A stretch of DNA of 27,672 nt from a virus (taxonomy: Duplodnaviria > Caudoviricetes). Within the stretch, counting starts at the first letter, position 1. Every line of letters begins with the position of its first letter. The notes below the pieces were generated by a model. That model worked only from the letters and a program-made list of their open reading frames with translations, did not search any database and was not told the DNA's origin. Positions 1 to 9,600 of the stretch are shown here, one piece after another. The stretch covers positions 1-27,672 of the IMG/VR virus record IMGVR_UViG_3300020194_001998; one strand, given 5' to 3'. Made by a program: the position numbers and the translations under genes.

Positions 1-30
1 GTTGTTGTATTCTATCTTGACATTACCCAT
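1..30 (-). CDS. 5' end of the next (probable tail) gene, truncated by the window edge; MGNVKIEYNN...
   Basis: ATG at 30-28, 8 nt after the stop of the 1213-aa ORF; frame is open to the window end. Confidence 0.4.
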   Translation of the reverse strand, partial: MGNVKIEYNN

Positions 31-38
31 TTTTTATT

Positions 39-3000
39 CTAACACATACTACAATCATTATCTCCTTTTACCATATCATGACAACATGATACAGTAGGCC
101 CCGTTCCCCCTCCAAATAGTCCGTCTGTGTCTCCATTATCATCTACCATAACCGAACACGCACATGGATCTGAGCAAGTTGGAACTCTATCAAAACAATT
201 CGTGTTACTATAATCATCAAAACTAAAATCGTAAAAAGCAAAACAACCAGTACAATTTATTGTTTCTGTTTCTGTTTCTGTTTCTGTAGTAGTAACTGTT
301 GTAGTTATTGTATTTGTTGGTGTAACCGTAACTGTATCTGTTGGTGTAACCGTAACTGTTGCAGTTTTTGTAGCTGTTGGTGTGACTGGAGATTCGTAAT
401 CATATATTACACTTTCATCTAATACCGTTGATGAGCATGAAAATTCTCTAACATAAATATTTGTTACTAAATCATTAAAAGATAACTCTCCACATCTATC
501 CAAAACATCCTCTTTATAATATCTTTTGTCTTTTAAATTAAATCTCACCCCTGAACTACAATCTTTAAGACCTATCGTTTCGTAACACTTACCCGCTTGC
601 CAACCCTGTACCCCATCTATAATTTCTTGAGCTACTGTTTTACCAGAGTTAAATGGTATTGAAATTGTTTGTATAACCTCTTCAGTTTTAACTATTCCGC
701 TTTTATCATCTTTACATATCTGAAAACTAACTTCTCCATTAACAACTTCCCCTCTATAAAAATAAGGATGGTTATTATTATATGTTTGAGCGGCTATAAT
801 AAATGTTTCACTATTATATAAATTACTATATATAAAAGTTCCAGGTGCAATGTGATATCCAATTAAATTACTACTATCTCCTATGCAAACACCATTTTCC
901 TTTAATAAACAGTTTAAATTTTCATCATAAAAATCTGGAACTGTCACATGAAAAAACTGACAGTTATCACTGTGCGGCGGAGTAAAACTTTGATCTCTTG
1001 GTATAGAAAATGTGAAACTGTACCAAGGTTCACCATCTCCACCCCTTATGCAATCTTTAACCTTTGTTGAAAAAGCATAAGATGTGGAGATAATATTTTC
1101 AATTAAATTATTCGGCCCCCCACTTTGATCGAAACATCTTTTTCCTGACAATATTGTACCCCCTGGAACTAGTTCGCTAATAGTTTTATTCCAGTTTTCA
1201 GGCACGAAAACTTCAACTATTCTATCTGTCGTATCTTGAGCTTCTGGACTTTCGCTGGTCGTTGGTGTTTGCGAGATTTCTGGATAACTAGTTCGAGTAA
1301 CAACTGGAGCTTCTAGAAATGTAGGAGGCGGCACCTCTTCAGAGATAAAATCTGTTAAAGTTGGCTCTGGGTATTCTAGTTCGTAGTCATCCGCATCTAA
1401 TTTAAACCCGCTTTCACTCGGAGTTTCAGCGAAGTTATATTCTATAGGCTCATACTCAAAGGTGGTTCTGGTTGGTTCCGTCGGCTCTTCAAAATCTGCC
1501 TGGTATGTCCATGGATATCCATTACCTATACTTGAAGTCGGGCAATCTGATACATCTAATATCGACCTGCTGTAGCTTAATCTATTTTCTGTTGGGTCAT
1601 AAGAATAATTTTCGTCTACTAAAAATTTATTTTCATTACTATTTATAATATCATCTTTTGTACCTTTTGATATTTCTCCAAACAACAAATTTTTGTATTC
1701 TAATATACTTATAGCACTTTGTTTCAGAATTCCTAATGTGGTACCACTCCTGCCCTGTAATGTTATTTCTATTGTTGTAACTTTTGGAGAAAACAAGTCT
1801 CCCATAACTTGAGCTATTCTAAAGCAATTTATTGAAAACTCATTGAATAAATTAATTCTATTTTGATGGTCTATTTTAATTTCATATTTTTTAACCCTGT
1901 CTTTTTGATCTTCTGGTAAATCAAAAACCCCCCTCTCATTACTAAAAGAGTAAGAATAAGATATAGCTCCACTTACATCATTAAATGATAGAGTTTTATT
2001 CGTCTCTAGTAACTTGGTTTTTATTTCCGTAGAGGTTGTCGTTGGAGTTGAATAATAATCTAATTTATATCTACTCTCTATCTCTCTCAGTGTTGAGTTT
2101 ATGCTCTCTACAATAAACTGCAAGCCTTTCTTTGCGTTTTGATTTTTAGTATCAATATCGTCGCCTTGGCCAATAATATCCCCAGACAACCTAACAATCT
2201 CAAACCCTTGATTGAATTCAATCGACCTAGATTGCGTTACCTTAAAAGCTGATCCTGAGTAAATTTGATTGTCTGGATCATTTGAATAAGAAACTTCTGC
2301 ATTTGCTAAGCCCGAATCGAAATCGTATTCAACGCTCAAAGATTCCGAAAAACCAAACAAATCCTCTATCAACTCGGTGGCTGTTGGAGTTGGACATGTT
2401 ACCACATTTAATTGCTTGTATTCATCAAGTAGATTTTGACCTCTTGACCTGGACCCAGCTAATTCTAGCTGTAAAAAATTTTTTAATTTTGTTTCGGTTT
2501 TCTCCCTTAAAATTTTAATTTCTATAGACTCCCTGATAATAACAACCCCATTGCCTTCAAAATTAATAGAAGAGGAAAGTCTCCTTGAGTATTGTTTTGT
2601 AGAGTCTGTTTCGTTATACTGTAGATTTTTAGCAACAGAGTATGAGTTATTTATACCGTCAAACGACTCCTCTGAATTTAACCTTTCGTATAAACTTACA
2701 TCTGAATAATTTTCTCCAAATTGATCATTTATTATTGGGTATTCTGGAGATTCTGAGAAAATAAAATTAACAAATTGCCTCGCCTTCTCTAAAGGCATTT
2801 CACTTTTCTTGAACAGTTTAATATTATCAAAAAAAGTATTAATAGTATTATTCGCGATTAAATTTATATTTACATTCTTGTCTACATCTACATTGAATTC
2901 TATTTCTCTATGAGAGTATACATCTGGTAGATTTTCTGTTTTGCTTTCGCATTGCACGCTTGCTTGGCCCCATATGGGCGAATCCTGCCCAAGGTATTCT

Positions 3001-3680
3001 AGCTCTAATATATAATCTCCAGATTCCAGAAAAATTTGATGACTAGCGGTTTCTCCAGCTAAAACTTTAATAGAACCTTTTCCCTTATTGTTTAAGTTTT
3101 TTAACTTAGATTTTTGTATCGAGGAGTTACTCCATACGTTTTTTCTGTAAGGTATTAAAGATTTTCTTTTTTTAAACGTGCAGCTTATTTCATGACTTAC
3201 AGATTTTTGAGATCCAGAAGTTGCAAAATTGAAATTTTCATCAAAAGAATCTAAATACTTCAAATCCTCATTTGTTAAACCTGAAGAATTAAAACTTTCA
3301 CTACTAGAAGAATTTTTGGATATAAATATTTTATTTAAATCTCCTTCTTCGACAAAAAGCAAAGTTGCTTGAAACTCCGCTGTCTGTATATGTTCTCCAG
3401 ATATAGCAATACTTTCTACAGTTCCCTCTCCATAGGAAACACTATTAATAAAAATTTCCTGAAGATTATGGGTTATAGATGAGTCTGTTAAATTTAAAGC
3501 ATTTTCAATTTCAATTAAATCACTATAAGCTTCAATAATATTTTTTACCCCACTATCGTTTCCTAAGTCTAAAAAATTTCCACTTAAAGTAATAGCTTTT
3601 TTTTTGTGAAATATGTAATTAGATTCGAAATCAATATTTTGATATGATATTCCTAATATATTTACATTATCAAAATTCAT
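39..3680 (-). CDS. Putative tail-tip/baseplate-hub-type structural protein (1213 aa) with a CBM-like insert, an acidic Pro/Thr linker and a Cys-rich C-terminus
   Basis: Immediately downstream of the TMP. Beta-rich S/Y/F alternating segments in the N-terminal ~710 aa, P/E/T-rich linker (~aa 720-825), about 20 Cys in the last ~370 aa. Function inferred from position. Confidence 0.6.
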   Translation of the reverse strand: MNFDNVNILGISYQNIDFESNYIFHKKKAITLSGNFLDLGNDSGVKNIIEAYSDLIEIENALNLTDSSITHNLQEIFINSVSYGEGTVESIAISGEHIQTAEFQATLLFVEEGDLNKIFISKNSSSSESFNSSGLTNEDLKYLDSFDENFNFATSGSQKSVSHEISCTFKKRKSLIPYRKNVWSNSSIQKSKLKNLNNKGKGSIKVLAGETASHQIFLESGDYILELEYLGQDSPIWGQASVQCESKTENLPDVYSHREIEFNVDVDKNVNINLIANNTINTFFDNIKLFKKSEMPLEKARQFVNFIFSESPEYPIINDQFGENYSDVSLYERLNSEESFDGINNSYSVAKNLQYNETDSTKQYSRRLSSSINFEGNGVVIIRESIEIKILREKTETKLKNFLQLELAGSRSRGQNLLDEYKQLNVVTCPTPTATELIEDLFGFSESLSVEYDFDSGLANAEVSYSNDPDNQIYSGSAFKVTQSRSIEFNQGFEIVRLSGDIIGQGDDIDTKNQNAKKGLQFIVESINSTLREIESRYKLDYYSTPTTTSTEIKTKLLETNKTLSFNDVSGAISYSYSFSNERGVFDLPEDQKDRVKKYEIKIDHQNRINLFNEFSINCFRIAQVMGDLFSPKVTTIEITLQGRSGTTLGILKQSAISILEYKNLLFGEISKGTKDDIINSNENKFLVDENYSYDPTENRLSYSRSILDVSDCPTSSIGNGYPWTYQADFEEPTEPTRTTFEYEPIEYNFAETPSESGFKLDADDYELEYPEPTLTDFISEEVPPPTFLEAPVVTRTSYPEISQTPTTSESPEAQDTTDRIVEVFVPENWNKTISELVPGGTILSGKRCFDQSGGPNNLIENIISTSYAFSTKVKDCIRGGDGEPWYSFTFSIPRDQSFTPPHSDNCQFFHVTVPDFYDENLNCLLKENGVCIGDSSNLIGYHIAPGTFIYSNLYNSETFIIAAQTYNNNHPYFYRGEVVNGEVSFQICKDDKSGIVKTEEVIQTISIPFNSGKTVAQEIIDGVQGWQAGKCYETIGLKDCSSGVRFNLKDKRYYKEDVLDRCGELSFNDLVTNIYVREFSCSSTVLDESVIYDYESPVTPTATKTATVTVTPTDTVTVTPTNTITTTVTTTETETETETINCTGCFAFYDFSFDDYSNTNCFDRVPTCSDPCACSVMVDDNGDTDGLFGGGTGPTVSCCHDMVKGDNDCSMC
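262..385 (-). repeat. Coding low-complexity repeats: (GTTTCT)x4 encoding TETETETE and a 24-nt-period repeat encoding TVTVTPT
   Basis: gtttct x4 at 262-285; gttggtgtaaccgtaactgt at 316 and 340. Confidence 0.85.
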
Positions 3681-3689
3681 ATAAATTTA

Positions 3690-6600
3690 TTATTGAGGTG
3701 CGGTTTTGTTTTTTAATTGTATTCTTGGGGCCAAAGCATTTGCCAAGTAATCTAAAATCATTCCATCTTGAAGTAGGTTTTTTAATGTTTGCATCATTAC
3801 AGGAGTTAACTGCCCCCTTACTACATCAGAATTAAAATCAAATTTTATACCACCAGTCACTTCGTGCTTGATTACTAATTCTCTTAATGTGTCCATTAAT
3901 GTTTTTGGAAAATCCGCCAATTGATTTATAGATTCAGAAAAAGTGGTTACTGATGCGGCTAGCTCTTTAAAATCTATCCCTTCGCCCCCTCCATTACCAT
4001 CACCTTCTCCTTCGTTTTCACCATTTCCTTCTTGTAGTTTAATAATCTCTGCTGTTTGGTTTATTATCTCGTCTTTTATTGAGGTTAAGGGGGTCGTTAT
4101 ACTAGCTTCTATATTCGTTATATTAATACCAGCGTCTAATTTATTTGATATCGTTTGACCTAATCTGTCCATTGGGTCTTTCAAGTCTTTAGGGTTTATA
4201 TTATTTGTTTTATCAGCTATATTTTGTAAATTTTTAGCAAAATTTTGCGTTATTTTTAAATCTTCATCCATTCTGCTTTTCATTTTTTCAAAAATTGGCT
4301 TTAGCTTTTCAGCTGATTGTGGGTCAAATTTTTGTAAGTCAGAGAACCAATTATTTGCATTCTCTAAAGCTACTATATAATTAGCCATATCTTCGTTCAT
4401 TCCTGTAAACATTGTTTCGTTTACGCCAAGCGTGTCAGCTAATTTTCTAAATGCATGAATAGCTTCAGCTCCCATCGCTCCTATCGTGTTATCGCCAGCA
4501 TTACCAGGCAATCCGTTCCCAAACACACTATTGTTAGATGGTGTTTTGCCCTCTTTTAAATCCCATGTTACAGCGCTAGCAGTCTTTTTCATCTCCTCCA
4601 TCTTAGTAGCTCCTTCTATACTTAATTCAGAATTATTTTTTCGCTCTTGTGGTCCAAGCAGTGCACCTCCTTGACTAGCCAATCTATTACTAGCTGCTTG
4701 AGCCTTGGCCGCCATAGCCTCTAAAGAAATTCTATTCAATTGAGCTATTGTTTCTCGTCCATTTGCTCTTTCTAAATTATACGCGGTTTGAGCTATCAAG
4801 TTACCTTTCTCTCCTACCATCTTCAATTTCTCAATTACCCCCTTGGTTTCCGATAAAGTTATATTTCCATCTTTATTTTCTGCAGCAAACTGCTTCATAA
4901 TGGTTGCTATTTGCTGACTTTCATTTCTAAGCCTTTTCTGCTCTTCGTCTTCAAATTTACCAAGACCTTTCCTGTCAGATTCTTGTCCTAATCCTAACTC
5001 TGCTCTTTGTGAGGCTGAGGGGTCAAATAACGAAGTCATATCTGTAAACGAGTCTGCTAAAGTTAATAACTGCTCATTTAATTTGTTCGATTGATTTTCA
5101 ATTACTGAATTTTTTTGAATTTGGCTTGATCTATCTTCATATCCACGCTCAGAAAGATAACCTCTCGAACTCATAAAATCGTTCGCGCTTATTTTTGCTT
5201 GGTATTTAGTGTCTCTTTGAAAGTCTCTTAATGAAGATTCCTGACGATAGTTTGTTTTCATTTCATCAAAAACTTTTTGAGCGTTCTTCATTTGATCGAA
5301 CTGAGCCTTTACTGCTTTGTATGCATTATTAGAGTTTTTCTCAAGCTCTGATTGTTGACTTACAGACGAAACTGAAGTTTGAGCAAGTGTATTAGCTCTC
5401 TCAGATTCTTCATTAGCTGCTACTCTTAAAGCATTTTTTAATACTTTTGAGTTAACCATTTCGTTCATTAAACTTTTTGTACTTGCTTCATCTTCTCCAC
5501 TATACGCTTTTATAGTCTGAGATCTTTGAATTGATCTTACATCATCTTGATCTTTAAACTCTGCTAGCGGATCTGAAATTTGGTTGCTTGTTAAATGCTC
5601 AAGCTCTCTTTGGGTTTTTTCAGCTATATTTAAGTTTTTTACAACTTCTGCAGCTGCTTTAATTGACATATCTGTATTCATCCCCTTTTTAATCTCTTCT
5701 TGAGACTTTCCGATTAATCCGCTGGTTATATTTATTGTTTTACCTAAATTTTCAATTTCTTTGTCTAATAAATTTATTTTATCAGTAACATCTATATCCC
5801 ACTCTGCGATTTCTTTAACTTTATCTCCAATAGCACCGAATTGAAAATCTGAATTCTGCATGTTTCTTATTTCTCTCTTTAAAGATTCTGAGTCAATAAT
5901 TCCTTTCGACTCATTTTCAGCTTGTTGAATTAATAAATCTCTAAGTTTTTGTGTGCTACTTAAATCGCTTTTTAAATTATTTGTGGTTCTCGATCCACTC
6001 AATCTAGATGCAACCCTTGCTTCTTCTTCCATTTTAATTCTATTCTTCATATCTCCTAATAGTTTTTTTGTGATACTATCAGCTCTTTCTTTCCCAGTCC
6101 CATCGTCTGTATTAAAAGCATCCCTATCGCTATTATTCGACACAACCTGATTTCCCGCCTCAGATGCTCTCTTCCACATACCTCTAAAATCGAGATTGAA
6201 CCAATCTTTACTCGCGGACCAAAGCCTAGCTCCAGTCTGAGCTACTACTTCTTGAGCTTTATCTACTAGACCTAAATTATCTCCAGAACTTTTTTCTGTT
6301 GGCAAATCTTCAGCAATTCCGATGAGACCCTGTAACGTGTTCGCTCTTTTTCCTAGATTATCCATTTCTTTATTTAGAGCTTGTAATTTTTCTTCAGCAG
6401 TTTTTGATGAATTTTGTAAGTCTCCAAGCCTCTTTATCAATTCTGGATCACTTGCGTTACTCATAGCCTCATAAATCATATCTTGAGCTCTGGCAACCCC
6501 TTCAAAATCTCCTTTTTTCAAAGCTTCGTTTAATCCAACTACTCCACTTGCATAATTTTGAATAGCTTGAGAATCTTGCAATGTTTTATCTAATTTTTCT

Positions 6601-9600
6601 TTTTGTTTTATTATTTTTTCAAATGCTTCTACTTGAAGATCTCTTTCTGACATTCTTGACAGTCCCGCTAATGCACCACCAGCCGCACCAGCAAGCATGC
6701 CCCGCTTACCTAGAAGAGCTCCCATTGATCCATATTCTAGAGCATCTGTTAGTACACCTGTTGATCCAGGCAATTGTCCCTCACCTCTACCATTCTTCAA
6801 CATTTCTGCCATCATCGGACCGCCAAACATGAAACCCATTTCCATTGCACCCATTTCTCCCATTCCTCCCATGGTTTTTGACCCTTGTTTTTTAACAAAC
6901 TTACCTGTGCTTTTAAGAGCTTTTACTAGTGGGTCAATTCCAAACGCAAGCGCAGTAGCTAAACCGCTTACCAATGGCTTTAGTAAAGGTAAAAACGGGA
7001 CAGCGAAATTTGGTGTCGTTCCATGAGTTTTAGGGTCTATACCCATTCTCTTTGCTCTCGATATGCCTTGGTCAACACCCAAGGGCTCATCTATCTTATT
7101 CGTGACAGCCAAACCTTCTGGATTCATCGAGCTTTTTAGTTTAGCACTCTGCTCCACTCTTATAGCGCTAGAAGAAATACCTCTAGCACTTAAAGCTCCT
7201 TTTTCTCTAGATAAGGCATCCATTAAAGGGTTTGAATAATTTGGCACATAACCCCCTACAAAATTCATCGTTCTAGCGTTAGATCTAGCATCGTCCTTTA
7301 GATACTCAGGCTGCTGATTTTTCTTAAAACCAGACATTCTTTTGTTATAAAACTTCACAACTCTTGATTGAATATCTGGATCTAAAGATCTAAAAAAATC
7401 TGAGTTTATATATTGTTTTATATTTCCCAGTGATTCTTCCTGCCTTCTTCTAGAAAATGAAAACAAATTATCTCTGCCAGGAGATCTCAATGGTGAGCTT
7501 GTTATAGACCCCGCTTTTGATTGAGCAACATGTTTGTTAAATCTACCAACACTTCCGCTGAATCTTGCAAATTGCTTGCTACTCATCCAAGGTTTACTTG
7601 AATAGTTTGGTAAATAACCCTTGGACATATTTCCACGTCTTCCCCTCCTTCCATATTTTTTCATTAATGACATCATTTTTGGGCTCATTCTAGCAGATTT
7701 AACTCCAGCGCTTTTTTGAATATATTTCTTATCTATAGCTTGTTTTTCTTTTCTAAGCCCTTGTATTTGTTGTTCTATATTTAATACATCCAGATTTCCT
7801 CCTTCTGCCTTGCCAGATAAAACAGATATTAATTTTTCGTTTGCCGCTCTAATTCTTTGATTGACATCTTTTGCTAATTTATTATATTCTAAATAGTCTT
7901 TTTTACGAAAATCATATGTTACATTGCCTATTTTGGAGCTGTATCGTTTATAATCATTTTCATACATGCTTTTCAATTTATCTCCAGATTTAATACCCCC
8001 AAAGGATCCTGCTCCAAACATAAGCGAAGACATTAACGCTGCTGTTCCAGGGTCATCCCCCATTCCTTCGTGAGCATTAGCGGCGAACAAACCAGCTAAA
8101 GCTGTACCACCCACTAGCCCACTCATACCCCTAAAGTCTGCAAATTTTGAAAAGCTAGGTATGTACCCTTTCGATAAATTCTTCCTAGATTTTAAAGCTA
8201 CCCTTCCCTGCTCTCTCCTTTGTTTTCCTGTGATTTCCTGTTTAATTTCTGGCAAACTTAGTAGTTTTTTATTAAAATCTGCTTTAGTTCCTGGGGTTAG
8301 TCCAATTTTTGCATCCGCAAAGGGACTATAATACCCAAATAAATTCTTTAACGAGTTATCAGGAAACCCCTGAATATCAAACGTTGCATTATTTTTAGTA
8401 AACAATGAGTTTTTACCAAGTGATTGCACGGCTGTTTCAAAAATTGATCCAGCTGCAGAACCTATACTGCCAGCATTTGCAACCTTAGTGGGCATAGGTG
8501 TATTTGCTGCGAATTTTCCAGTTCCAGCCATTTTCATTGCTGTTAAATGAGCTTGGTCTAGCATAAACTTTTCAGCTTTATTTCTTAACGCCGTCTCTTG
8601 ATTACCTATTCTCTTATCCTTGATTCCTTCTACTCTATATTTCAGTCTGACTTTATTTTCTCCTGATTGAGTTGTTGTATCTACTTTTTGCCTGAAATTT
8701 TTTGTAGCAACAAGCATTGTCGCCTGCCTTGAGGCATCAATGGTTTTCAATTGATTTTTTGCTTTTTTTGCTTGTTGCTCTTTTTGAGCTATTACCTCTT
8801 TACTATTAGTAGCTTTAAATGCTTTAATTGCAGATTGCTCATCTGGAGTAAATTGATTTAAATAAAGTTTTTCTCCAGTTTTTTTATTATTAATATGGTT
8901 TCCACCTTTTAGTCTATTTATTTGTTGGGTTGTTATAGCGCCACGACTTGTTAATAATGAGCCGCCAAAGTTTGGAATAAAACCTCTGGAAAGAGTTTTT
9001 ATATTTATTTTTCCACCTCTTTTGTAATGCTTTCTTAGTTTTAAAAGCTGGTCTGGATCATAACCCATTCTCATTAGCATTTTATAATCCCCCGACAGCC
9101 CTTTCTTGAAATAGTTTTCCAACCACATCTTCTGAAATTCTCCACCCATGCCTTTTTTAACCGTTTCAATGTTTAATTTTTTAAAAGCTGGTGTATTAAA
9201 TTTAATATTTTTATTAGCTGGATCAGCTAAAACATCTTTTATTTTTTGATATCTATTTCTACGATCAACAAAGTTAGGAACATAACCACTTGAGGCATTA
9301 AGGAAGCCAAATTGCCCTTGCCCAGCATCTTGATTTTTTTGGATGGTATATTCCCCGTCTTTCTTAAATGCGGAATTCCTAACTTTTGTATCTTTTGGAA
9401 CTAGCATGTTTAACCCACCCCTGAACATAGCAGCTGCACCTTGTGTTAAGTTAATATTCTGAAAATTACCATCTTTTATCCCAATTACTTTACGTCCAGA
9501 TTTTTTTTGCAGATTTATTAAATTATCTAAAAACGACGAAGCGCCCTTTTTAAGGACTGCGGTAATATTTTGTTCGTTTTTGGTTTTTTGCTCGTACTTT

